64,000 nucleotides of DNA from contig CM082588.2 of the NCBI GenBank assembly GCA_040954595.2, forward strand, positions 10,338,844 to 10,402,843, given 5' to 3'. Below the pieces are notes generated by a model that had not been told where the DNA came from, made no database searches, and saw only the letters and a program-made list of their open reading frames with translations. This document shows positions 10,501 through 25,500 of this stretch, piece by piece. Made by a program: the position numbers and the translations under genes. The first letter of the stretch is position 1. The number at the start of each line of letters is the position of its first letter. The stretch comes from Balanoglossus misakiensis. Lineage: Eukaryota > Animalia > Hemichordata.

Positions 10501-13500
10501 GGATGTGTTTGGAAGCAACCATGGAAATTTTAGAACTATCCGTCCATCTACGGAGTCTAGTGGAAAACTTTCCGATGCGCATAGGCCTATCTATGTGTTC
10601 TGCGCATCACAACAGAATTTTGTAAACAAACGAGGATGTGTTTGGAAGCAACCATGGAAATTTTAGAACTATCCGTCGATCTACAGAGTCTAGTGGAAAA
10701 CGTTCTTATGCGCATAGGCCTCTCTATTTGTTCTGCGCATCACAACAGAATTTTGTATACAAACGATGCTTTGTTTGGAAGCAACCATGGAAATTTTAGA
10801 ACTATCCGTCGATCTACGGAGTCTAGTGGAAAAATTTCTTATGCGCATAGGCATATGTATGTGTTCTACGCATCACAACAGAATTCGGTATATAAACGAG
10901 GCTGTTTGGAAACAACCATGGAAATTTTACAACTGTCTGTCGATCTACAGAGTCTGGTGGAAAAGTTTCTTATGCGCATAGGCCTATTACGTGTTCTGCG
11001 CCTCACAAGAGAATTCGGTAAATAAACGAGGCTGTTTGGAAGCAACCATGGAAATTTTAGAACTATCCGTCGATCTACAGAGTCTAGTGGAAAACGTTCT
11101 TATGCGCATAGGACTATCTATGTATTATGCGCATCACAACAGAATTTTGTAAACAAACGAGGATGTGTTTGGAAGCAACCATGGAAATTTTAGAACTATC
11201 CGTCGATCTACGGAGTCTAGTGGAAAAATTTCTTATGCGCATAGGCATATGTATGTGTTCTACGCATCACAACAGAATTCGGTAAATAAACGAGGCTGTT
11301 TGGAAACAACCATGGAAATTTTACAACTATCCGTCGATCTACAGAGTCTGGTGGAAAAGTCTCTTATGCGCATAGGCCTATTACGTGTTCTGCGCCTCAC
11401 AACAGAATTCGGTAAATAAACGAGGCTGTTTGGAAGCAACCATGGAAATTTTAGAACTATCCGTCGATCTACAGAGTATAGTGAAAAACGTTCTTATGCG
11501 CATAGGCCTATCTATGTATTATGCGCATCACAACAGAAATCGCTAAATAAACGAGGCTGTATTTGGAAGCAACCATGTAAATTTTACAACTATCCGTCGA
11601 TCTACGGAGTCTAGTGGAAAAATTTCTTATGCGCATAGGCATATGTATGTGTTCTGCGTCTCACAACAGAATTCTGTAAATAAACGAGGCTGTTTGGAAG
11701 CAACCATGGAAATTTTAGAACTATCCGTCGATCTACAGAGTATAGTGGAAAACGTTCATATGCGCATAGGCCTATCTATGTGTTCTGCGCATCACAACAG
11801 AATTTTGTAAACAAACGATGCTTTGTTTGGAAGCAACCATGGAAATTTTAGAACTATCCGTCGATCTACGGAGTCTAGTGGTAAAATTTCTTATGCGCAT
11901 AGGCATATGTATGTATTCTACGCATCACAACAGAATTCGGTAAATAAACGAGGCTGTTTGGAAGCAACCATGGAAATTTTAGAACTATCCGTCGATCTAC
12001 AGAGTCTACTGGAAAACGTTCTTATGCGCATAGGCATATGTATGTATTCTACGCATCACAACAGAATTCGGTAAATAAACGAGGCTGTTTGGAAGCAACC
12101 ATGGAAATTTTAGAACTATCCGTCGATCTACAGAGTCTACTGGAAAACGTTCTTATGCGCATAGGCCTATCTATGTATTATGCGCATCACAACATAATTT
12201 TGTAAACAAACGAGGATGTGCTTGGAAGCAACCATGGAAATTTTAGAACTATCCGTCGATATACAGAGTCCAGTGGAAAACGTTCTTATGCGCATAGGCC
12301 TCTCTATTTGTTCTGCGCATCACAACAGAATTTTGTATACAAACGATGCTTTGTTTGGAAGCAACCATGGAAATTTTAGAACTATCCGTCGATCTACGGA
12401 GTCTAGTGGAAAAATTTCTTATGCGCATAGGCATATGTATGTGTTCTACGCATCACAACAGAATTCGGTAAATAAACGAGGCTGTTTGAAAACAACCATG
12501 GAAATTTTACAACTATCCGTCGATCTACAGAGTCTAGTGGAAAACGTTCTTATGCGCATAGGCCTATCTATGTATTATGCGCATCACAACAGAATTTTGT
12601 AAACAAACGAGGATGTGTTTGGAAGCAACCATGGAAATTTTAGAACTATCCGTCGATATACAGAGTCTAGTGGAAAACGTTCATATGCGCATAGGCCTCT
12701 CTATGTGTTCTGCGCATCACAACAGAATTTTGTAAACAAACGATGCTTTGTTTGGAAGCAACCATGGAAATTTTAGAACTATCCGTCGATCTACGGAGTC
12801 TAGTGGAAAAATTTCTTATGCGCATAGGCATATGTATGTGTTCTACGCATCACAACAGAATTCGGTAAATAAACGAGGCTGTTTGGAAACAACCATGGAA
12901 ATTTTACAACTATCCGTCGATCTACAGAGTCTGGTGGAAAAGTCTCTTATGCGCATAGGCCTATTACGTGTTCTGCGCCTCACAACAGAATTCGGTAAAT
13001 AAAAGAGGCTGTTTGGAAGCAACCATGGAAATTTTAGAACTATCCGTCGATCTACAGAGTCTAGTGAAAAACGTTCTTATGCGCATAGGCCTATCTATGT
13101 ATTATGCGCATCACAACAGAAATCGCTAAATAAACGAGGCTGTATTTGGAAGCAACCATGTAAATTTTACAACTATCCGTCGATCTACGGAGTCTAGTGG
13201 AAAAATTTCTTATGCGCATAGGCATATGTATGTGTTCTGCGTCTCACAACAGAATTCTGTAAATAAACGAGGCTGTTTGGAAGCAACCATGGAAATTTTA
13301 GAACTATCCGTCGATCTACAGAGTATAGTGGAAAACGTTCATATGCGCATAGGCCTATCTATGTGTTCTGCGCATCACAACAGAATTTTGTAAACAAACG
13401 ATGCTTTGTTTGGAAGCAACCATGGAAATTTTAGAACTATCCGTCGATCTACGGAGTCTAGTGGTAAAATTTCTTATGCGCATAGGCATATGTATGTATT

Positions 13501-16500
13501 CTACGCATCACAACAGAATTCGGTAAATAAACGAGGCTGTTTGGAAGCAACCATGGAAATTTTAGAACTATCCGTCGATCTACAGAGTCTACTGGAAAAC
13601 GTTCTTATGCGCATAGGCCTATCTATGTATTATGCGCATCACAACATAATTTTGTAAACAAACGAGGATGTGTTTGGAAGCAACCATGGAAATTTTAGAA
13701 CTATCCGTCGATATACAGAGTCTAGTGGAAAACTTTCTTATGCGCATAGGCCTCTCTATGTGTTCTGCGCATCACAACAGAATTTTGTAAACAAACGATG
13801 CTTTGTTTGGAAGCAACCATGGAAATTTTAGAACTATCCGTCGATCTACGGAGTCTAGTGGAAAAATTTCTTATGCGCAAAGGCATATGTATGTGTTCTA
13901 CGCATCACAACAGAATTCGGTAAATAAACGAGGCTGTTTGGAAACAACCATGGAAATTTTACAACTATCCGTCGATCTACAGAGTCTGGTGGAAAAGTTT
14001 CTTTTGCGCATAGGCCTATTACGTGTTCTGCGCCTCACAACAGAATTCGGTAAATAAACGAGGCTGTTTGGAAGCAACCATGGAAATTTTAGAACTATCA
14101 GTCGATCTACAGAGTATAGTGAAAAACGTTCTTATGCGCATAGGCCTATCTATGTATTATGCGCATCACAACAGAAATCGCTAAATAAACGAGGCTGTAT
14201 TTGGAAGCAACCATGTAAATTTTACAACTATCCGTCGATCTACGGAGTCTAGTGGAAAAATTTCTTATGCGCATAGGCATATGTATGTGTTCTGCGTCTC
14301 ACAACAGAATTCTGTAAATAAACGAGGCTGTTTGGAAGCAACCATGGAAATTTTAGAACTATCCGTCGATCTACGGAGTCTAGTGGAAAAATTTCTTATG
14401 CGCATAGGCATATGTATGTGTTCTACGCATCACAACAGAATTCGGTAAATAAACGAGGCTGTTTGGAAACAACCATGGAAATTTTACAACTATCCGTCGA
14501 TCTACAGAGTCTGGTGGAAAAGTTTCTTTTGCGCATAGGCCTATTACGTGTTCTGCGCCTCACAACAGAATTCGGTAAATAAACGAGGCTGTTTGGAAGC
14601 AACCATGGAAATTTTAGAACTATCAGTCGATCTACAGAGTATAGTGAAAAACGTTCTTATGCGCATAGGCCTATCTATGTATTATGCGCATCACAACAGA
14701 AATCGCTAAATAAACGAGGCTGTATTTGGAAGCAACCATGTAAATTTTACAACTATCCGTCGATCTACGGAGTCTAGTGGAAAAATTTCTTATGCGCATA
14801 GGCATATGTATGTGTTCTGCGTCTCACAACAGAATTCTGTAAATAAACGAGGCTGTTTGGAAGCAACCATGGAAATTTTAGAACTATCCGTCGATCTACG
14901 GAGTCTAGTGGAAAAATTTCTTATGCGCATAGGCATATGTATGTGTTCTACGCATCACAACAGAATTCGGTAAATAAACGAGGCTGTTTGGAAACAACCA
15001 TGGAAATTTTACAACTATCCGTCGATCTACAGAGTCTGGTGGAAAAGTCTCTTATGCGCATAGGCCTATTACGTGTTCTGCGCCTCACAACAGAATTCGG
15101 TAAATAAAAGAGGCTGTTTGGAAGCAACCATGGAAATTTTAGAACTATCCGTCGATCTACAGAGTCTAGTGAAAAACGTTCTTATGCGCATAGGCCTATC
15201 TATGTATTATGCGCATCACAACAGAAATCGCTAAATAAACGAGGCTGTATTTGGAAGCAACCATGTAAATTTTACAACTATCCGTCGATCTACGGAGTCT
15301 AGTGGAAAAATTTCTTATGCGCATAGGCATATGTATGTGTTCTGCGTCTCACAACAGAATTCTGTAAATAAACGAGGCTGTTTGGAAGCAACCATGGAAA
15401 TTTTAGAACTATCCGTCGATCTACAGAGTATAGTGGAAAACGTTCATATGCGCATAGGCCTATCTATGTGTTCTGCGCATCACAACAGAATTTTGTAAAC
15501 AAACGATGCTTTGTTTGGAAGCAACCATGGAAATTTTAGAACTATCCGTCGATCTACGGAGTCTAGTGGTAAAATTTCTTATGCGCATAGGCATATGTAT
15601 GTATTCTACGCATCACAACAGAATTCGGTAAATAAACGAGGCTGTTTGGAAGCAACCATGGAAATTTTAGAACTATCCGTCGATCTACAGAGTCTACTGG
15701 AAAACGTTCTTATGCGCATAGGCCTATCTATGTATTATGCGCATCACAACATAATTTTGTAAACAAACGAGGATGTGTTTGGAAGCAACCATGGAAATTT
15801 TAGAACTATCCGTCGATATACAGAGTCTAGTGGAAAACTTTCTTATGCGCATAGGCCTCTCTATGTGTTCTGCGCATCACAACAGAATTTTGTAAACAAA
15901 CGATGCTTTGTTTGGAAGCAACCATGGAAATTTTAGAACTATCCGTCGATCTACGGAGTCTAGTGGAAAAATTTCTTATGCGCAAAGGCATATGTATGTG
16001 TTCTACGCATCACAACAGAATTCGGTAAATAAACGAGGCTGTTTGGAAACAACCATGGAAATTTTACAACTATCCGTCGATCTACAGAGTCTGGTGGAAA
16101 AGTTTCTTTTGCGCATAGGCCTATTACGTGTTCTGCGCCTCACAACAGAATTCGGTAAATAAACGAGGCTGTTTGGAAGCAACCATGGAAATTTTAGAAC
16201 TATCCGTCGATCTACAGAGTATAGTGAAAAACGTTCTTATGCGCATAGGCCTATCTATGTATTATGCGCATCACAACAGAAATCGCTAAATAAACGAGGC
16301 TGTATTTGGAAGCAACCATGTAAATTTTACAACTATCCGTCGATCTACGGAGTCTAGTGGAAAAATTTCTTATGCGCATAGGCATATGTATGTGTTCTGC
16401 GTCTCACAACAGAATTCTGTAAATAAACGAGGCTGTTTGGAAGCAACCATGGAAATTTTAGAACTATCCGTCGATCTACAGAGTATAGTGGAAAACGTTC

Positions 16501-19500
16501 ATATGCGCATAGGCCTATCTATGTGTTCTGCGCATCACAACAGAATTTTGTAAACAAACGATGCTTTGTTTGGAAGCAACCATGGAAATTTTAGAACTAT
16601 CCGTCGATCTACGGAGTCTAGTGGTAAAATTTCTTATGCGCATAGGCATATGTATGTATTCTACGCATCACAACAGAATTCGGTAAATAAACGAGGCTGT
16701 TTGGAAGCAACCATGGAAATTTTAGAACTATCCGTCGATCTACAGAGTCTACTGGAAAACGTTCTTATGCGCATAGGCCTATCTATGTATTATGCGCATC
16801 ACAACATAATTTTGTAAACAAACGAGGATGTGCTTGGAAGCAACCATGGAAATTTTAGAACTATCCGTCGATATACAGAGTCCAGTGGAAAACGTTCTTA
16901 TGCGCATAGGCCTCTCTATTTGTTCTGCGCATCACAACAGAATTTTGTATACAAACGATGCTTTGTTTGGAAGCAACCATGGAAATTTTAGAACTATCCG
17001 TCGATCTACGGAGTCTAGTGGAAAAATTTCTTATGCGCATAGGCATATGTATGTGTTCTACGCATCACAACAGAATTCGGTAAATAAACGAGGCTGTTTG
17101 GAAACAACCATGGAAATTTTACAACTGTCTGTCGATCTACCGAGTCTGGTGGAAAAGTTTCTTATGCGCATAGGCCTATTACGTGTTCTGCGCCTCACAA
17201 GAGAATTCGGTAAATAAACGAGGCTGTTTGGAAGCAACCATGGAAATTTTAGAACTATCCGTCGATCTACAGAGTCTAGTGGAAAACGTTCTTATGCGCA
17301 TAGGCCTATCTATGTATTATGCGCATCACAACAGAATTTTGTAAACAAACGAGGATGTGTTTGGAAGCAACCATGGAAATTTTAGAACTATCCGTCGATC
17401 TACAGAGTCTAGTGAAAAACGTTCTTATGCGCATAGGCCTATCTATGTATTATGCGCATCACAACAGAAATCGCTAAATAAACGAGGCTGTATTTGGAAG
17501 CAACCATGTAAATTTTACAACTATCCGTCGATCTACGGAGTCTAGTGGAAAAATTTCTTATGCGCATAGGCATATGTATGTGTTCTGCGTCTCACAACAG
17601 AATTCTGTAAATAAACGAGGCTGTTTGGAAGCAACCATGGAAATTTTAGAACTATCCGTCGATCTACAGAGTCTAGTGGAAAACGTTCTTATGCGCATAG
17701 GCCTATCTATGTATTATGCGCATCACAACAGAATTTTGTAAACAAACGAGGATGTGTTTGGAAGCAACCATGGAAATTTTAGAACTATCCGTCGATATAC
17801 AGAGTCTAGTGGAAAACGTTCATATGCGCATAGGCCTCTCTATGTGTTCTGCGCATCACAACAGAATTTTGTAAACAAACGATGCTTTGTTTGGAAGCAA
17901 CCATGGAAATTTTAGAACTATCCGTCGATCTACGGAGTCTAGTGGAAAAATTTCTTATGCGCATAGGCATATGTATGTGTTCTACGCATCACAACAGAAT
18001 TCGGTAAATAAACGAGGCTGTTTGGAAACAACCATGGAAATTTTACAACTATCCGTCGATCTACAGAGTCTGGTGGAAAAGTCTCTTATGCGCATAGGCC
18101 TATTACGTGTTCTGCGCCTCACAACAGAATTCGGTAAATAAAAGAGGCTGTTTGGAAGCAACCATGGAAATTTTAGAACTATCCGTCGATCTACAGAGTC
18201 TAGTGAAAAACGTTCTTATGCGCATAGGCCTATCTATGTATTATGCGCATCACAACAGAAATCGCTAAATAAACGAGGCTGTATTTGGAAGCAACCATGT
18301 AAATTTTACAACTATCCGTCGATCTACGGAGTCTAGTGGAAAACGTTCTTATGCGCATAGGCCTATCTATGTATTATGCGCATCACAACAGAATTTTGTA
18401 AACAAACGAGGATGTGTTTGGAAGCAACCATGGAAATTTTAGAACTATCCGTCGATATACAGAGTCTAGTGGAAAACGTTCATATGCGCATAGGCCTCTC
18501 TATGTGTTCTGCGCATCACAACAGAATTTTGTAAACAAACGATGCTTTGTTTGGAAGCAACCATGGAAATTTTAGAACTATCCGTCGATCTACGGAGTCT
18601 AGTGGAAAAATTTCTTATGCGCATAGGCATATGTATGTGTTCTACGCATCACAACAGAATTCGGTAAATAAACGAGGCTGTTTGGAAACAACCATGGAAA
18701 TTTTACAACTATCCGTCGATCTACAGAGTCTGGTGGAAAAGTCTCTTATGCGCATAGGCCTATTACGTGTTCTGCGCCTCACAACAGAATTCGGTAAATA
18801 AAAGAGGCTGTTTTGAAGCAACCATGGAAATTTTAGAACTATCCGTCGATCTACAGAGTCTAGTGAAAAACGTTCTTATGCGCATAGGCCTATCTATGTA
18901 TTATGCGCATCACAACAGAAATCGCTAAATAAACGAGGCTGTATTTGGAAGCAACCATGTAAATTTTACAACTATCCGTCGATCTACGGAGTCTAGTGGA
19001 AAAATTTCTTATGCGCATAGGCATATGTATGTGTTCTGCGTCTCACAACAGAATTCTGTAAATAAACGAGGCTGTTTGGAAGCAACCATGGAAATTTTAG
19101 AACTATCCGTCGATCTACAGAGTATAGTGGAAAACGTTCATATGCGCATAGGCCTATCTATGTGTTCTGCGCATCACAACAGAATTTTGTAAACAAACGA
19201 TGCTTTGTTTGGAAGCAACCATGGAAATTTTAGAACTATCCGTCGATCTACGGAGTCTAGTGGTAAAATTTCTTATGCGCATAGGCATATGTATGTATTC
19301 TACGCATCACAACAGAATTCGGTAAATAAACGAGGCTGTTTGGAAGCAACCATGGAAATTTTAGAACTATCCGTCGATCTACAGAGTCTACTGGAAAACG
19401 TTCTTATGCGCATAGGCCTATCTATGTATTATGCGCATCACAACATAATTTTGTAAACAAACGAGGATGTGTTTGGAAGCAACCATGGAAATTTTAGAAC

Positions 19501-22500
19501 TATCCGTCGATATACAGAGTCTAGTGGAAAACTTTCTTATGCGCATAGGCCTCTCTATGTGTTCTGCGCATCACAACAGAATTTTGTAAACAAACGATGC
19601 TTTGTTTGGAAGCAACCATGGAAATTTTACAACTATCCGTCGATCTACAGAGTCTGGTGGAAAAGTTTCTTTTGCGCATAGGCCTATTACGTGTTCTGCG
19701 CCTCACAACAGAATTCGGTAAATAAACGAGGCTGTTTGGAAGCAACCATGGAAATTTTAGAACTATCCGTCGATCTACAGAGTCTAGTCGAAAACGTTCT
19801 TATGCGCATAGGCCTATCTATGTATTATGCGCATCACAACAGAAACCGCTAAATAAACGAGGCTGTATTTGGAAGCAACCATGTAAATTTTACAACTATC
19901 CGTCGATCTACAGAGTCTGGTGGAAAACTTTCTTATGCGCATAGGCCTATTACGTGTTCTGCGCCTCACAACAGAATTCGGTAAATAAACGAGGCTGTTT
20001 GGAAGCAACCATGGAAATTTTAGAACTATCCGTCGATCTACAGAGTCTAGTCGAAAACGTTCTTATGCGCATAGGCCTATCTATGTATTATGCGCATCAC
20101 AACAGAAACCGCTAAATAAACGAGGCTGTATTTGGAAGCAACCATGTAAATTTTACAACTATCCGTCGATCTACAGAGTCTGGTGGAAAACTTTCTTATG
20201 CGCATAGGCCTATTACGTGTTCTGCGCCTAACAACAGAATTCGGTAAATAAACGAGGCTGTTTGGAAGCAACCATGGAAATTTTAGAACTATCCGTCGAT
20301 CTACAGAGTCTAATGGAAAAATGTCTTATGCGCATAGGCCTATCATGTGTTCTGCGCCTCACAACAGAATTCCGTAAATAAACGAGGCTGTTTGGAAGCA
20401 ACCGTGGAAATTTTAGAACTATCTCTCGATCTACAGAGTATAGTGGAAAACTTTCATATGCGCATAGGCCTATCTATGTGTTATGCGCCTCACAACAGAA
20501 TTCCGTAAATAAACGAGGCTGTTTGGAAGCAAACATGGAAATTTTAGAACTATCTGTCGATCTACAGAGTATAGTGGAAAACGTTCATATGCGCATAGGC
20601 CTATCTATGTGTTATGCGCATCACAACAGAATTTTGTAAACAAACGAAGCGGAGTTTGGAAGCAACCATGGAAATTTTAGAACTATCTCTCGATCTACAG
20701 AGTATAGTGGAAAACGTTCATTTGCGCATAGGCCTATCTATGTGTTCTGCGCGTCACAACAGAATTTTGTAAACAAACGATGCTTTGTTTGGAAGCAACC
20801 ATGGAAATTTAAGAACTATCCATCGATCTACAGAGTCTATAGTGGAAAACTTTCTTATGCACATATGCCTATCTATGTGTTCTGCGCCTCAAAACAGAAT
20901 TCCGTAAATAAAAGAGGCTGTTTGGAAGCAAACATGGAAATTCAAGAACTATCTCTCGATCTACAGAGTATAGTGGAAAACGTTCTTATGCGCATAGGCC
21001 TATCATGTGTTATGCACATCACAACAGAATTTTGTAAACAAACGAGGCTTTGTTTGGAAGCAACAATGGAAATTTTAGAACTATCTGTCGATCTACTGAG
21101 TATAGTGGAAAACGTTCATATGCGCATAGGCCTATATATGTGTTCTGCGCATCACAACAGAATTTTGTAAACAATCGAGGATGTGTTTGGAAGCAACAAT
21201 GGAAATTTTAGAACTATCCGTCGATCTACGGAGTATAGTGGAAAACGTTCATATGCGCATAGGCCTATATATGTGTTCTGCGCATCACAACAGAATTTTG
21301 TAAACAAACGAGGCTTTGTTTGGAAGCAACAATGGAAATTTTAGAACTATCTCTCGATCTACAGAGTATAGTGGAAAACGTTCTTATGCGCATAGGCCTC
21401 TCTATGTGTTCTGCGCATCACAACAGAATTTTGTAAACAAACGATGCTTTGTTTGGAAGCAACCATGGAAATTTTAGAACTATCCGTCGATCTACGGAGT
21501 CTAGTGGAAAAATTTCTTATGCGCATAGGCATATGTATGTGTTCTACGCATCACAACAGAATTCGGTAAATAAACGAGGCTGTTTGGAAACAACCATGGA
21601 AATTTTACAACTATCTGTCGATCTACAGAGTCTGGTGGAAAAGTTTCTTATGCGCATAGGCCTATTACGTGTTCTGCGCCTCACAACAGAATTCGGTAAA
21701 TAAACGAGGCTGTTTGGAAGCAACCATGGAAATTTTAGAACTATCCGTCGATCTACAGAGTCTAGTGGAAAACGTTCTTATGCGCATAGGCCTATCTATG
21801 TATTATGCGCATCACAACATAATTTTGTAAACAAACGAGGATGTGTTTGGAAGCAACCATGGAAATTTTAGAAATATCCGTCGATATACAGAGACTAGTG
21901 GAAAACGTTCTTATGCGCATAGGCCTCTCTATGTGTTCTGCGCATCACAACAGAATTTTGTAAACAAACGATGCTTTGTTTGGAAGCAACCATGGAAATT
22001 TTAGAACTATCCGTCGATCTACGGAGTCTAGTGGAAAAATTTCTTATGCGCATAGGCATATGTATGTGTTCTACGCATCACAACAGAATTTGGTAAATAA
22101 ACGAGGCTGTTTGGAAGCAACCATGGAAATTTTAGAACTATCCGTCGATCTACAGAGTCTAGTGGAAAACGTTCTTATGCGCATAGGCCTATCTATGTAT
22201 TATGCGCATCACAACAGAAATCGCTAAATAAACGAGGCTGTATTTGGAAGCAACCATGTAAATTTTACAACTATCTCTCGATCTACAGAGTATAGTGGAA
22301 AACTTTCATATGCGCATAGGCCTATCTATGTGTTATGCGCCTCACAACAGAATTCCGTAAATAAACGAGGCTGTTTGGAAGCAAACATGGAAATTTTAGA
22401 ACTATCTGTCGATCTACAGAGTATAGTGGAAAACGTTCATATGCGCATAGGCCTATCTATGTGTTATGCGCATCACAACAGAATTTTGTAAACAAACGAA

Positions 22501-25500
22501 GCGGAGTTTGGAAGCAACCATGGAAATTTTAGAACTATCTCTCGATCTACAGAGTATAGTGGAAAACGTTCATTTGCGCATAGGCCTATCTATGTGTTCT
22601 GCGCGTCACAACAGAATTTTGTAAACAAACGATGCTTTGTTTGGAAGCAACCATGGAAATTTAAGAACTATCCATCGATCTACAGAGTCTATAGTGGAAA
22701 ACTTTCTTATGCACATATGCCTATCTATGTGTTCTGCGCCTCAAAACAGAATTCCGTAAATAAAAGAGGCTGTTTGGAAGCAAACATGGAAATTCAAGAA
22801 CTATCTCTCGATCTACAGAGTATAGTGGAAAACGTTCATATGCGCATAGGCCTATCATGTGTTATGCACATCACAACAGAATTTTGTAAACAAACGAGGC
22901 TTTGTTTGGAAGCAACAATGGAAATTTTAGAACTATCTGTCGATCTACTGAGTATAGTGGAAAACGTTCATATGCGCATAGGCCTATATATGTGTTCTGC
23001 GCATCACAACAGAATTTTGTAAACAATCGAGGATGTGTTTGGAAGCAACAATGGAAATTTTAGAACTATCCGTCGATCTACGGAGTATAGTGGAAAACGT
23101 TCATATGCGCATAGGCCTATATATGTGTTCTGCGCATCACAACAGAATTTTGTAAACAAACGAGGCTTTGTTTGGAAGCAACAATGGAAATTTTAGAACT
23201 ATCTCTCGATCTACAGAGTATAGTGGAAAACGTTCTTATGCGCATAGGCCTCTCTATGTGTTCTGCGCATCACAACAGAATTTTGTAAACAAACGATGCT
23301 TTGTTTGGAAGCAACCATGGAAATTTTAGAACTATCCGTCGATCTACGGAGTCTAGTGGAAAAATTTCTTATGCGCATAGGCATATGTATGTGTTCTACG
23401 CATCACAACAGAATTCGGTAAATAAACGAGGCTGTTTGGAAACAACCATGGAAATTTTACAACTATCCGTCGATCTACAGAGTCTGGTGGAAAAGTTTCT
23501 TATGCGCATAGGCCTATTACGTGTTCTGCGCCTCACAACAGAATTCGGTAAATAAACGAGGCTGTTTGGAAGCAACCATGGAAATTTTAGAACTATCCGT
23601 CGATCTACAGAGTCTAGTGGAAAACGTTCTTATGCGCATAGGCCTATCTATGTATTATGCGCATCACAACATAATTTTGTAAACAAACGAGGATGTGTTT
23701 GGAAGCAACCATGGAAATTTTAGAACTATCCGTCGATATACAGAGACTAGTGGAAAACGTTCTTATGCGCATAGGCCTCTCTATGTGTTCTGCGCATCAC
23801 AACAGAATTTTGTAAACAAACGATGCTTTGTTTGGAAGCAACCATGGAAATTTTAGAACTATCCGTCGATCTACGGAGTCTAGTGGAAAAATTTCTTATG
23901 CGCATAGGCATATGTATGTGTTCTACGCATCACAACAGAATTTGGTAAATAAACGAGGCTGTTTGGAAGCAACCATGGAAATTTTAGAACTATCCGTCGA
24001 TCTACAGAGTCTAGTGGAAAACGTTCTTATGCGCATAGGCCTATCTATGTATTATGCGCATCACAACAGAAATCGCTAAATAAACGAGGCTGTATTTGGA
24101 AGCAACCATGTAAATTTTACAACTATCCGTCGATCTACAGAGTCTGGTGGAAAACTTTCTTATGCGCACAGGCCTATTACGTGTTCTGCGCCTAACAACA
24201 GAATTCGGTAAATAAACGAGGCTGTTTGGAAGCAACCATGGAAATTTAAGAACTATCCGTCGATCTACAGAGACTATAGTGGAAAAATGTTTTATGCGCA
24301 TAGGCCTATCATGTGTTATGCACATCACAACAGAATTTTGTAAAGAAACGAGGCTTTGTTTGGAAGCAACAATTGAAATTTTAGAACTATCTCTCGATCT
24401 ACGGAGTATAGTGGAAAACGTTCATATGCGCATAGGCCTATCTATGTGTTCTGAGCATCACAACAGAATTTTGTAAACAATCGAGGATGTGTTTGGAAGC
24501 AATCATGGAAATTTTAGAACAATCCGTCGATCTACAGAGTCTAGTGGGAAACTTTCTTATGCGCATAGGCATATGTATGTGTTCAGCGCATCACAACAGA
24601 ATTTTGTAAATGAACGAGGCTGTGTTTGGAAACAACCATGGAAATTTTAGAACTTTCTCTCGATCTACAGAGTCTAGTGGAAAACGTTCTTATGCGCATA
24701 GGCGTATCTATGTGTTATGCGCATCACAACAGAAATCGGTAAATAAACGAGGCTGTATTTGGAAGCAACCATGTAAATTTTACAACTATCCGTCGATCTA
24801 CAGAGTTTGGTGGAAAACTTTCTTATGCGCATAGGCCTATTACGTGTTCTGCGCCTAACAACAGAATTCGGTAAATAAACGAGGCTGTTTGGAAACAACC
24901 ATGGAAATTTTAGAACTATCCGTCGATCTACAGAGTCTAGTGGAAAAACGTTCATGTGCGCATAGGCCTATCATGTGTTATGCACATCACAACAAAATTT
25001 TGTAAACAAACGAGGCTTTGTTTGGAAGCAACAATGGAAATTTTAGAACTATCTGTCGATCTACGGAGTATAGTGGAAAACGTTCATATGCGCATAGGCC
25101 TATATATGTGTTCTGCGCATCACAACAGAATTTTGTAAACAATCGAGGATGTGTTTGGAAGCAATCATGGAAATTTTAGAACTATCCGTCGATCTACAGA
25201 GTCTATAGTGGAAAACTTTCTTATGCACATATGCCTATCTATGTGTTCTGCGCCTCAAAACAGAATTCCGTAAATAAACGAGGCTGTTTGGAAGCAAACA
25301 TGGAAATTCTAGAACTATCTCTCGATCTACAGAGTCTAGTGGAAAACGTTCATATATGCGCATAGGCCTATCATGTGTTATGCACATCACAACAGAATTT
25401 TGTAAACAAACGAGGCTTTGTTTGGAAGCAACAATGGAAATTTTAGAACTATCTGTCGATCTACGGAGTATAGTGGAAAACGTTCATATGCGCATAGGCC